DNA from: the human T2T-CHM13v2.0 reference genome, Homo sapiens
NCBI RefSeq assembly: GCF_009914755.1
Contig: NC_060934.1
DNA: 64,000 bases
Direction: 5' to 3' (one strand)
The notes beneath the pieces are model-generated. The model worked only from the letters and a program-made list of their open reading frames with translations, was not told where the DNA came from and did not search any database. Shown piece by piece: positions 33,631 through 48,380 of the stretch. The position numbers and the translations under genes are program-made. Each line of letters starts with the position of its first letter. Position 1 is the stretch's first letter.

Positions 33631-35248
33631 AATACTATCAATGTAGCCAGAATGGTGGTTATATCTAGAGCAGAAGGAAAGGATTATGATTGCAGAGCAG
33701 CACTGGGAAGATGTGTGAGGTGTTAATCCCCTTAATTTTTTTAACCTGGGTGGTGGTTACATAGTACCTACTTCATTCACAGAATGGCATATTTGTGTTT
33801 TATGCACTTTTCAGAAAATATTGTTAGCCTAAGGAAAAAAGGAGAACTTCCACAAGCTCCACCTAGCTGCAGCGAAGTGCACATAATTCGCACCCTCCTG
33901 CCCGTTGCTGTGGGTGAAGCACCTCCTGACAGCCAGCACTAGGCCTTGCTCCGCCAGGCCTCCCTCTCCTGCATCAGCCCACCTGCCTCTGCAGGACCTG
34001 CACTCACATATCCCTCCAGATGCTCCCCATCTTCCCTTCAAAGCGCACACTGTGGGAAGGCTTGTATAGACTCGCTGTCTCCAGCTGTTCTCTTCTCATT
34101 CTCTCTTGAACTCACTCCAATCAAGCTTTCCCCCCACCATTCACCCACACTGCTCTGTCAAGCTCACTAATGACCTCATGGTGTTAGATCCAATGGTCGC
34201 CTCTCAGTCCTCCTCTTGAACTGTCAGTGGCATTTAGGACAGCTGAGCAGCCCTCCTCTTAAACACTCTTTTCACTTGGCTTTAGGGGCCTCCTCCCACC
34301 CTCCTGGTTTTTCTCCAGCCTTCCTGGCTGCCCCAGCTCAGTCTCCTCCAGTCCCTCCTTCTCCTATCTCCCCTACCCACCTTTTCTCGGTCACTCTTTG
34401 GATGATCTCATCCAGTTCCAATGCTTTAAAATGCCATCTCTACGTTTATGACTCCCAAATCTTGATTTCTAGCCCACCACCCCCAACCCTCCCCCCGTGA
34501 AGTCCTGCCTCACTGATACAGCCAGCATCTAACCAGCATCTCCACTTAAAGGTGGAATATTCATCTTCAATGGGAGGTGTAGAAAAAGTGAGCTCCACAT
34601 CTCCCCACCCCCAAACCGGCTTCTGTTGCCGCCTTCCCCACCCGGCAACTTCCATCCTTTCTGAAGCTCAAGCCAAAAACCTGAGAGTCATCCCTGATTT
34701 TCTGTTTCCCTCCTTCCACCCCACATCCAAGCCAGCAGCAAATCCTGTCTGCTCTGGCTTGGATAAAGATCCAGAATCCAGCCCCTTCTCACCCCTCCGC
34801 GACCACCCCCGAGGCCTCCTGCCTCATTGCAAGAGCTCCTAACTGGTCCTGGGATCCACCCGTGCCCCCTGCGCGTGTTTGCAGCAACAGCATCCAGACT
34901 GACTCAGTTACACAGTGTGTCGCGTCCTGTCATTCCTCTGCTGAGAACCTTCCGCCTCCCGCCTCCCTCAGAGGAAAAGCTCCCTCCGCAGGAGGGTTTC
35001 CTCTCTATCCTCATCCCCAGACCTCTCACCTCTGCCTCAGCACAGTGGCCTATTTATTTGTGCCCCTGGAACACACCTTTGCACCTACCGATTGCTCTAC
35101 CTGGGAAGCTCCTCCCCCAGACAGATACCTGCATTCAAGTTTTCACTCACTTGCCCTTCTCAGGGAAGCCTCCCAGACCATCCTACTTAAAACTGCAGGA
35201 CCTCTTTCCTGCGGTCCCTATCCCCTTTCCTGCTATGTTTTCCCCTAA

Positions 35249-35914
<666 letters not shown>

Positions 35915-36029
35915 TTATCTATCTGCCTACACTAGACTGTAAGCTCCAGGTGGTATGCTCAGTGCCTGTAATGGCGCCTGGCACGTGGAAGAGGGTCAAT
36001 GTTAATTAAAGGAATGAGGGTGACTTGCA

Positions 36030-36560
36030 CACGCCGCATAGTAAAGCGGCAGAGAACTTGCATCAGGCGTCTCTGACCACCGAGCCTGCGAAGACCTAGC
36101 TGATTACGACCAGGAAACAGGAGGGGACATGGCCCAAGGTGGGCGGGGCCAGTGCTGGGAAGCCCCGCCCCGCCCCCGATCCTGTGCTCCCAGGTCTGGG
36201 CGTTAGGATTCTCTCAGTCCCGGAGCCACGCCGGCTGACCGCAGGGCTCGGGGAGCGCGGCTGGGCCCCTTTTCCCGGGTCCGGGAAGCGCCGGGCCACG
36301 CCGGGTCCGCTGGAGAGACTGAGGGCCAGGGTCGCCGCTGCCGCCGGGAGGCGACAGAGCCAGCTGGGCGCACCTGGGTGCTGGCGGCTGCGGAGTCGCG
36401 GGGCCCGGTCCTGAGGTCACCTTCCCACCCCGACCTCACGCCCCTTCCTGGTCTGACCCATCACTGCGGCCCACCCGGCTGACAGCGCCCGAGACCCGCG
36501 GCGAGCCATCAGGGAGGAGCTGCGGGCTCAGGGTGCAGGAACCTTGGGGACGAGCTGAAG
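36030..36560. promoter_or_regulatory. Small orphan CpG island with GC boxes
   Basis: CpG-dense. GGGCGGGG at ~36141-36148 and CCCCGCCCCGCCCC at ~36163-36177. Confidence 0.7.
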
Positions 36561-37474
36561 AATGGGTTAATAACCAGGCAAAGAGCGAGGAGGTGGCTGG
36601 GCCTGGGGCGTCTGAAGCTGGGGCTTGGGTTGTTCCTTGAAGGAGCAGACAGAAGGCCAGTGTGGCTGGACTCGCCAGGAGGGCTGCTGAGAGGAGGAGG
36701 GGCTGGAGGCCCCAATGAGGATTTGGGCTTTTCCTCAAAGTGCCACTGCTACTTTTAATTGTTTGTCACCAGAGAAACAGGATCAAATTTGTCTTGTAAA
36801 CACCTCTGACTTGGATGGGAGGGAGAGGGAAATGGAAGTGAAAAGCGTTATTCAGGAACAAGGCCAGAGCCGGCCTGGACCAGGGAGTGGAGGCAGGTGT
36901 AGGCGTAGAGAGGGATAGATTTTGGAGTTAGAATCGATGGGACCTGAGGATGAGTTAATTGCAAGTGGGGGCGATTAAAAAAAAAAAAAAAAGCCAACAC
37001 AGACTCCAGGGTTCTCGCTTAAGCAGCTGCAGAGAGGAGCTGCCGCTTCAGGAAGCGGGAGAGGTCGTTCCAGAAGGCAGTTTGGGGCCATTAAACTTTG
37101 ACACTCATGAGATTAGAGCAAATCTGTTCCAATACTTAAATCACTGGGAGAAACCGCTTACCAGGGAATTTCCAGTGAAGTTGCCAGTAGAGGGTCTTAC
37201 TCCAGATCACAAAAAATGCTACCATGCCTGGTGGGGCTGGACTCCGTCTATGTTGGGTTTGGGCCTGGATAAATGTTGCAGCCAGCCTTGATCCTGGGGA
37301 GAGGTATTTAAGGATGGGAACATAAAGGCAGCAGCAAAGGAGATTGTCACATGTATGTGGCGATGGCAGTCCCATTATCTGCCTGCCTGTCCCTGTGGCC
37401 GTGTGTGCCCAGTCCAAGGAGCCAACCTTGCCGGCCGCTGTCCCCTGTGAAGGCAGCAGGACTCACTGAAGCTG

Positions 37475-37640
37475 GACTGTGGTTATGACCCTGGACTGTT
37501 GAGCCAAAACTGTCTGGGTTTGTAATCCCAGCTCCACCTCCTGCTACCTGCATGGCCTTGGGCAAGTTTCTGTGCCTGTTTCCTCATCTGTAAACTGGGA
37601 ATAATAACATCTAGATCATATGATTGTGGTGAGACACTCA
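37475..37640 (+). mobile_element. MIR
   Basis: CTGGGTTTGTAATCCCAGCTCCACC...CCTTGGGCAAGTT...TTTCCTCATCTGTAAA. Confidence 0.8.
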
Positions 37641-37879
37641 CCACCTTATAAAGGATTTACTACTTGATTAAGAAGAACCACGAGCCTGTGGGGACCAGCT
37701 CGGAGTGCAGCCACAGATTCCTTAATAAGCTCGTTGGATTTTTAAGTAACATTTTTTTTTTGCTTCCCATGCCAGATGGAGCTGTCACACTGGCAGGTGG
37801 TGCTCAGAGGAGGGGTCAGGCTGGAAGGCACCTGTGTAGGACACGATGCTGGTGCCTTGAGAGTGGAGGCACCACCCTG

Positions 37880-38045
37880 GGTTGGGCTTCTCAGCCCCCA
37901 CAGAGCACTTACATCACCTGAGAGTGTTGGAAAAATGCCAGTGACCCTGGCCCTCCCCTGGACGCGATCAGCCTGGGCATCAGCATTTCGCAGAACTCCC
38001 TGATGATTCTCGTGCAAAGCTAAGATTGAGAACCTCAGGTCTAGG
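37880..38045. mobile_element. MER5-like hAT-Charlie DNA transposon remnant
   Basis: ATCACCTGAGAG..TTGGAAAAATGC..CTCCCTGATGATTCT..TGCAAAGCTAAGATTGAGAACC. Confidence 0.5.
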
Positions 38046-39323
38046 GAGGTCAGGTGGCAAGAGAAGGGCAGGAGCTGAGCAACTGAGCAGCTGAGCAGGG
38101 GCAGGGGAGGGTAGGGTGCAATTTCAGAGGCCAGGCTGAGGAGGAGGAGTGAGCAAGGAGACTGAGACCATGTGGCCCTGGTGCGGGAGTGAATCCAGGA
38201 GCAAACTGAAGAGGCTGGAGCTTGAAACAAGGGAAGAGGCAGAGCAAGGGACTGCAGAAGTCAAGGACTGAGATGTGGTGATTCCACGTGGCCCGGGAGG
38301 TCCCTGGTGACCTTAGCAGACAGGATGCTGGGTGAAGCTAAAAGCTAAAATGGACAGTAGAGTCACCAACTAAGATTAGAAAACACCTGTAGATATAAAC
38401 AGGGGAAGGAGAAGAGATAGTAGCCGGAAGGAGTTGTGGAGTCAAGGGAAGTTTGGTTTGTTTTCTTTTTAGGGCCTCCTGCGCCTGTTGGGAGGCTGGG
38501 GAAGCCCCCAGGAGAGGGAGCAGAGGGAAGCAGGAGGTATGGGAACAGGTCCTTGAGGAGAGAGAAGATGCACCAGAGCCCGGAGGGGCCACTTCTGAGG
38601 GAGGAGGGAAGAGGAAGGTGCCAGCCAGAGAGTGGACTCACAGCTGTGAGACAGGCTCCACGGTCCTCCCAAGACCAGAGTCAGGGGTTTAGAGAGAGGG
38701 AACAGCTGGAAGGAAAGGAGAAATGCTCTAAGCGGGGAACAGAACTTAGAGACCTGTCTCTAAGGACAGACTCCACGTCTCCCAGGCCTGGGTTGCTGAT
38801 AGCAGGAGAGGAAATGGCGTCCCCACACTGGAGAAGACTGAAGAAGGGGCAGGGCCTAGGCCAGCCCATGTCTATCAAAGCATCAGGGTGGGATGCTCAG
38901 AGAAGTGTGCGGATGCAGGGAGCTTGGGGGCTAGAGTCCTTGAGAGTGCCCTGGAAGGGGAGGGGAGCAAGGGGAGGCTAGAGGTGGGGTAGGTGGAGGG
39001 GCTGCAAGCGGCAGGGTGGGAGTAGAGGAGAAGGCTGCGACCTGGGAAGCGTCATCACTGAGGTTGGCCGTAGCACTGGAGCCCACCTCCCCCACCCCAG
39101 TACCTGGCCAACTCCAGGCCCAGCCTGGCAGCTCTTCCTCCTGGAACTCTTTCCATACACTTCTAGAAGAGCTTGGTTCTCCTTCCTGGCTGTGCTCTGT
39201 GACCTGAGCCCACCTCAGGTAGAGCCCGCTGAAACCTAACCCCTAAATCACCCCTGGGTGCCAGTGCCATCCTGAGCCCAGGTCAGACATGGTCCGGCAG
39301 GGCTGGGATGGACGCACGAATGA

Positions 39324-39956
<633 letters not shown>

Positions 39957-40379
39957 CAATTCTTCTTTTTAAAACGCTCATTTTGTTATTGTATTCTGAC
40001 AGTGAGATGCACAATGACATCACAGTGTGTGTGCAGCACTGCTTGGAATATGAAGCAAGAATGTGCAATGGAGGACACGGAGGCCAGGGGTGGAGCTGTG
40101 GCAGCAAGGGTGGGGCGGGCACTGCTGTAGAGTAGGACATCAAGGTGCAGTGTCGTGAGCATAAGAAGCAAGAGGAGCACCAGGGCAAACAACCACTGGG
40201 CTCAGCCGTGCCTCTCACACCTCCTCCCAGGCGTTCTCCAGCACTGGTAGGGTGGGGGGTGATAGACAGTCAGGAATTAAACTTCAAATTATACTCAACT
40301 GCAGAATGATAAAGTTATTTCCTTCTTATTTATTTTCCAACTCTTCTGATTATTCACAGGGGAAATAAAAAGTGCTCGT

Positions 40380-41150
40380 GTAGAGATAATACATTTTCAT
40401 TATAAAATTTTTAAACATACAGAGAAATAATGAAGTAACAGACACCCTTACTGGCCATGCAGAAATAATCCATGAAATCCCTTTGCTTTGGAGCTCTTTC
40501 TCTGTCTGCTAGAAATAAACCACTATAGAGAGAGCTGAGGATCATCCCTTCCCTCCCCTCCCCTCCCCGTGCCCCAGCGGCACAGCTGTTGACGTGTAGT
40601 ATTGGTTATTGTGTTAGTCAGCTGTAAGGTCTAACTGACTTTTCTACACTTTGATATATGTGTATATTTCCATTAATGATGTATATTACAGCTTCAGTGT
40701 CTTTCACTTTACATAAATTATGATAATACTGTGTATATCGTGTTGCAGCTTGCTTTTATCTTGCATCATGTTTTTGATGTTTAGATGCGTTGGCAGACGG
40801 AGTTTCATACTGTCTGGCTTTGCTGCTTTGGAGTATTCGATGATAGACAATGCCGCATCTCACTCTCCTGTTCCCCTTCCAGGGCAGAGTCGGTTTTTTT
40901 CCACTTCTTTAGAATGGCCAACAGTGCCACAGTGAATGTCTTGGTACTTATGCCCTTGCGAACATAGGAACAGGTTTCTCTAGAGCAGTTACTTACAAAT
41001 GTCTCTACCTAGAGCAGATACTTACAAATGTCTCTACCACAAAGTATGCAGATATCTAAGTAGGATTAACAAAGTGTTCTCCACATAGTAGGCTGATTCA
41101 GATTCCAACAAACGGAGTACACAATTTCCTGTTTCTGCCCGTCTCGCCAG
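40380..41150 (-). mobile_element. Old L1M fragments
   Basis: Degraded T-rich antisense L1 3' motifs. Confidence 0.5.
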
Positions 41151-41228
41151 CTTCCCTATGGTTCCCTCTCTGAAAATCTTGTTTTACCCTTACTCCTGAA
41201 TGATAGTTTAAAATGAAATGTATCATCA

Positions 41229-41523
<295 letters not shown>

Positions 41524-41672
41524 GGTGACTTCAGACTTTTTAAGTTGTGCAAATCTTATGGGTTTACAGAAGTAAAGGTTTGTTTTTCTTTTTCTTTTTT
41601 TAAGGCAGGGAGAATTTTAGCCTGGTTTTTTGTTTTTTTTAATTGTTGCTGTTGTTGTTATTTTGTTTGTTG

Positions 41673-42545
<873 letters not shown>

Positions 42546-42559
42546 TTCAAAGTATCCTT

Positions 42560-43545
42560 TTTAAACAAATAACTTCATTTTTAAAATGAACAAAAGACCT
42601 GAATAGACATTTCCCAAAAGAAGGCATACAAACGGTCAGCAGGTATATGAAAAAATGTTCAATATCACTAATCATCAAGGAAATGCAAATCAAACCATGA
42701 TGAGATACCATCTCACCCAAGTTAGAACGGCTATTATCAAAAAGACAAAAAATAACAGACGTTGGCAAGGATTCGGAGAAAGGGGAACACTCATACACTG
42801 TTAGTGGGAATATAAACTAGGACAGCCACTATGAACAACAGTATGGAGGCGCTTCAAAAAACTAAAAGTAGAACTACCATATGATCTAGCAATCCCACTG
42901 CTGGATATATCCAAAAGACAGGAAATCAGTAAACCTAAGAACTATCTGCACTCCCATGTTTATTACAGCACTGTTCATATTAGTCAAGAAGTGAAATCAA
43001 CCTAAGAATCCACCAATGAATGAATGGATAAGGAAAATGTGGTATATATACACAAAGAAACATTATTTGGCCATAAAACAGAATAATATCCTTTCATTTG
43101 TAGCAACATGGATGGAGCTGGAGTTCATTATGTTGAGTGAAATAAACAGGTACAAAAATACAAATATCACATGTTCTCACTCAAATGTGGGAGCTAAAAA
43201 AGTGGATCTTACGGAGGCATGGAGTAGAATGATGCTTACCAGGGCCTGAGAAGGGTAGAAGGGAGAAGAGATAATGAAAAGTTGGTTAGTGAGTACAAAT
43301 ATACAGTTAAAAGAAATAAGTTCTAGTGTTTGATAGTACAGTAGGGTGACTATAGTTAACAATAATTGATTATATATTCCAAAATAGCTAGAAGAGAAGA
43401 ATTGGAATGTTTCCAACACAAAGAAAAATGTTTGAAGTGATATATAATCCAATTACCTGAATTTGATCATTACACATTGTATACATGTATCAAACTATTG
43501 GGTGTACCCTCAAAATATATACAACCATCATATATCAATAAAACA
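42560..43545 (+). mobile_element. L1MA-type 3' end
   Basis: GAATAGACATTTCCCAAAAGAAG..., GCAACATGGATGGAGCTGGAG, TAGGGTGACTATAGTTAACAATAAT 3' UTR. Confidence 0.88.
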
Positions 43546-44003
43546 AAGTGTCCTTTTTAAAATACATTAAATTTAATCTGAAAAATGGCAGTGGTGGTGG
43601 AAACATAACTTTGTGCTTTCTGAATCCCCACAAAATTATAGTCAGAGCAACAAGACATTAAAACCAAAACCCGTGGACAACATTGCAACAAAACTAAGTG
43701 ATAGGTTATCCTGTCACCACAAAATGCAAGTGGGTGGACAACAACCATGACACCTGCACAGCATCAGCATGCGCTGGGGGAAAGCCGAGGGAAGCAACAG
43801 GTTACCTGGGCACCTGAGGGCCCTGTTCATCCACAGTGCAGGGGCTGGGTGAGAACCAGCAGTTTGTCTCACTCCAGATCTTACCAGATCTGCGGTAAGA
43901 TCTGAAGGTCTGTGAATTCTCTCACTGATCTGCGAGGGCTCCCTTCCGGACTGCACCCCACAATGGACAGCAACTGCTGGAAATTGAATCAAAATTAAGC
44001 AGG

Positions 44004-44125
44004 GGCCAGGCATGGTGGCTCATGCCTGTAATCCCAGCAATTTGGGAGGCCAAGGGGGGAGGATTGCTTGAGGCCAGGATTTTGAGACCACTCTTGGCCA
44101 CATAGTGAGACCCAGTCTCTTTAAA
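44004..44125 (+). mobile_element. FLAM / Alu left monomer
   Basis: Single monomer ending GAGACCCAGTCTCTTTAAA. Confidence 0.85.
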
Positions 44126-44189
44126 CTCGCCCGCAGAGTTCTTTTTTCTTTTTTTTAACAGGATGAGAAAAATAGGAGCTTCAACTCAT

Positions 44190-44448
44190 CTCCAACCAGG
44201 GTGAGGCAGGTGAGCAAAGAAAGGTCCTGGCTTGCAGCAAAGAATTTCAGAGCATACTAAACAGTTAAGGGATGCAGAAAATGAGATTTTAATGCAATAA
44301 TTTTTTAAACAAAATTCAATGCCAAAAAATCCAGGATGAACAAAATATCAACCTTTTAAATAAAGATAGGATATTAATAGTCTTGTACTGAACCATACTG
44401 GAGCCTGAGGCCAAAGGAATAATCAGTGATGCTGATCCTGTCTTTATT
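44190..44448. mobile_element. MER96B-like hAT-Tip100 MITE remnant
   Basis: AGGGTGAGGCAGGTGAG start, TTTTAATGCAATA..GATGAACAAAATATCAA..AATAAAGATAGGAT, central GGAGCCTGAGGC.AAAGGAA.AATCAGT. Family name is from memory. Confidence 0.55.
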
Positions 44449-44673
44449 ATAGTGAAACAGTAACACGGTCCATAGCCCTTCTTGAGGATCTACTAAAGCA
44501 CCAGTCGCAGAGACCAAAATAACTAGAGAAACATCACATTAATGATTGGTGATGATTAACAAATGTATAGTTATTTGTGGAGTGAAGACTAAATGAGGGT
44601 TTAAAAAGAGAGATTATGCTATCTAATGGCTTTACCATCTGAGAATGTAGAGTACAAACAAAAATAGGGGGTA

Positions 44674-45030
<357 letters not shown>

Positions 45031-45049
45031 TTATAGCTAGTTATGGTAT

Positions 45050-46330
45050 TGATATTGTTATTCTGAACCTGTAGGTATATAAATTGAAATAAAACAAATG
45101 ACTAATTGGATTCTAATTCAGTTATTCCTGGTGTCCTTAAGAACCAGGATTCCCAGTGTGGAAGAAAAGAAATACAGGTGTAATCAAGAAGTCCTCCACT
45201 TAACGTAGTTACATCAGTATAAATTCCCAGTGTATTTTATCATATATGTAATTTACAGCTCCTCCATTGAAAAGACCTAGAAACAAAGATCAACCAAGAA
45301 GTGAAGAGGATTCCTAGCACCCCAAACTGGTAAGATGTCTTGTCATTCCAGATAACAAGGAAGTGTTCAAAGGCTACTAGGGTCACATCTAAAGGACCCA
45401 AGGATTAACCTGAAGGGCTCCAGCTGCCCAAAGAGGGGACAATTTGTATGTTACTACTGACAGTAACTGCAACGTATTGAAATCCATCTAGCACATTTAA
45501 ATCCTTGGCATCGTGATGGTATATTTTTTTAACTCTTCATTTTGGGAGGATGACAGGGTAGCAATTCGTCATCTTGAAAACGGATAAATAAATGCAAAGA
45601 AACAAGCATTTACCTGCCTTTCCTCTGTGAACGGTTCCACTGGGTAACCAAATAGCAGATGAGGAGAAGAGTCTCTTTATAAAATCAACCCAGATGATAA
45701 ATGAAAAATAAATTATATAATTAGTATATCACCATTTTCATCCCCCAGTGAATTAATGAATGTAAGCATTGGACATCGTCTCTCCTCAGATCTCAAAAAA
45801 TAGAGACAACCAGACATTATGTGCCTCCTGACAAAACAGCACTCCACCACCTGGAGTCTCACCAAAAATCTTGAACCTGAGTCTGATCAAGCCTTTGGAT
45901 CCAGCTGTCAATTTGCAGGAAATGCAGAAAACAGGGAGATGTGTTGAACTGCACCAGGAGAATGCAATCAGTGAAATCCAGACTAGAAATCTCTTCAGAT
46001 TCTTCCAAGGATACATTGCAAGGAAAAGAAAGTGATGGAGAAAGAAACTACAAATTAAAGAGACTTAAAATATATTAACAAAATGAGCAAGTCTAATTTA
46101 TAGCCTCTAGAGAGGCGAACTTGGGTGACAACAATTTTTTAAAAACTCGGGTAAGTAATTACTATGAAAGGCAGGAGAGTGGCTACTTTGGGAAGGAGGG
46201 AGTCGAGTGAAATCGGGAAGGAGCACGGGTAAGGTATTCTGGGGGAAAGTACTGTTTCTTGGCTTGGGTAGTGGTTACAAAGGTGTTCATTTGATAATAA
46301 TTCACAAATCTTCACATTTGTGTGGCTTTC
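45050..46330 (+). mobile_element. L1MC-type 3' UTR fragments
   Basis: AAGAACCAGGATT..GGAAGAAAAGAAATACAG; CTGGGTAACCAAATAG.AGATGAGG; TTGAACCTGAGTCTGATCAAGCCT. Confidence 0.6.
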
Positions 46331-46369
46331 TGTGTATTGGCGATTGAATTCAAACTCAGAACTGCTAAG

Positions 46370-48380
46370 GCCAGCGCCCAAGGCAGCCGACCGCAGAGGC
46401 GGGTGGGCAGAGTGGATGAAAAGCAGGCGCTCGGGCCTCCAGGCCTGGCGGGGACAGGAATGTGTTCCGGGCCCCTTGCAGGAGACGCACTGCAGGGGGC
46501 GCTGCGGGCACACTGAGACCTCGGAGAGGATCACAGCTCCTGGACCTAGCCCGCGACGCGCCCAGAAGCCTCTATCGCATTCAACTCAGAGCACGACCGC
46601 TCGGGAGGAGCGGGCCCATCCAGCCCAGGGGAGGGACCAGGCCGACTTCCGCGCAATGAGCCCTAGGCGGCCGCGCAGCGGTGCAGTGGGCGCGGAGCTG
46701 GCAATCAGCGACGACCCGCGGCTGCGGCCCTGCGGGAGCTGCACCATGCGGTCCGGGGCGAGTCGGCTGACACGCGCGCTCACGGCGAGTGGAGCCGGGG
46801 ATCCAGACCCCAGACGCACGGCCGAGGACCGGCAGAACCCGCTGGATTGGCAGCTCAGGAGCGGGAGGGCGGAGGCGGCGGGCGGGGCCGCTGGAGGCCT
46901 GCAATCCCAGCGCATCCCGGGGAAGACCGCCCGCCGGTGTCCGTGTGGCCCCGCGCTCCTGGGGTGGGGCCCGCCTCGTCACCCCGCCCCGTCTGTCTCC
47001 TGGTCTCGGCTCGCCGCCGCCTCCGATGAACCTTCTCGGCCTTCCGCCGAGCTCGCCTGAGCGCGCTCCTAACCTGGCTCTGGGCTCCGCCGCTGGTCGC
47101 ACGGGGATTGTGTCGGCCTCGCCCCCTCCCGCTCCTCCCACACCCTCACCTTCCAGGCGGGGAGGAAGGGCTGCAGCCTCACGGCCGCCGGAACGCCCTC
47201 CCGACCCAGGGAGAATCAAGGCCAGGGCTCTCCACCGCCCCTTCCATATCCGGGTCCCCGAGGCGGGCTAGGGTCTGTGGTTTGGGGACAGAAGAGGTCG
47301 CGATTGGAGCTGGTGGGCTCCCCTAGGGGAGAGCAGGGAGTTGGAGACGCAGCTTGGCCGAGCTTTCCTTCGCCCACCCACTTTTCGGGTTGGAAGACTG
47401 AGGCAGCGGGCATGACTGGGGCCCCGCAGTGCCGGCGCCTCTGGAGGCAGAGAGAGCGCCTGGAAGGCGGCGCCGACGCCGCGGTGCGTCACTCGCCCAC
47501 CTACTTACCAAAGCAGGTGACACTCGCAAACCCTGGCCCCGCGCCGCCCGCCCCAGGGTGCGGGGGAGAATAAAAAGGGCAGAAGACAGGAGTGGGGCCT
47601 AAGGGCGCGCGTGTCCCCCGACCCCTAGCCTCCTCTCCAGGTGAGCGGCGCGCCCCACCCGGGCCTCCGAGGCCACCGCTGGGTAAAGGGAGCGAAGCCG
47701 AGGGGGGCGCCCGTGCTGGCTGGGGTCCGAGACCCGGTTTCCTCCGTGACCCAGCAAGTGTCGAGACGCGCCCAGGGACAGGAGCTGGACTTGGAGTCCA
47801 CTAGGGGCAATCTCCCGCCCTTCCCGCTGCTCCGTGCCAGGCCCGAGCTTGTCTCGAGCCAGAAGGGCCAGCCTCGGAGGAGGTTACAGCGTCCGGGCGG
47901 CCGGACGGGAGCTGACAGCACACCCGTGGCCCTGAGCGGCGACGCGCCCTAGAAAGCCCGTGGGCCCGACCCCGCGGGGGGCCCTCCCCACCCCGCCCGG
48001 ACGTCCTCCTCACGCCGATCCTTTCCCTCTTTCTTCCCCTTGGACCTCTGTCCTCAACTTTCTTCTGTCCCTTTCCTCGAAGGACACCTCTCCCAGGACT
48101 GGGGCCGCGCTCCAGGGCTCCCCCTCCCCCGCCACCCGCGCAGCCCGGCATATGCCTCGACCCAGCACCCGGGCCTCAGAGGAGCTGGGGTGAGGCCTGG
48201 GACGTGACAGACTAGGTCCCTGCCCTCTGGGGCTTCCATTCCGTGGGGGAGCAGCAGAAACTGGCGCGTCTACCTTTGCCAGTAGCTAGGAGTGCCATGA
48301 GAACAAGGGAAGGGGTGGGAGGGCGTCGCCTACGGAGACGAAGGAAGGCCTCCCGCGCTCATCCGCCTCCGCCTTCGGAG
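46370..48380. promoter_or_regulatory. Large (~2 kb) orphan CpG island, promoter/enhancer-like
   Basis: High CpG and GC. Reverse CCAAT boxes (GATTGG at ~46845 and ~47302), GC boxes and TGCGTCA at ~47485. No recognisable protein. Confidence 0.8.
46486..46504 (+). promoter_or_regulatory. CTCF motif (forward orientation)
   Basis: CGCACTGCAGGGGGCGCTG; the CTGCAGGGGGCGCT part closely matches the CTCF core. Confidence 0.6.

Noticed and set aside
44359-44448. Inverted repeat AATAAAGATAGGAT ... ATCCTGTCTTTATT, suggesting a micro-inversion
   Set aside because: Consistent with the intrinsic palindromic centre of a MER96B-like MITE rather than a new structure.
46320-47271. 246-, 212- and 160-aa ORFs in the distal CpG island
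   Set aside because: Overlapping on both strands, compositionally biased, no recognisable homology.
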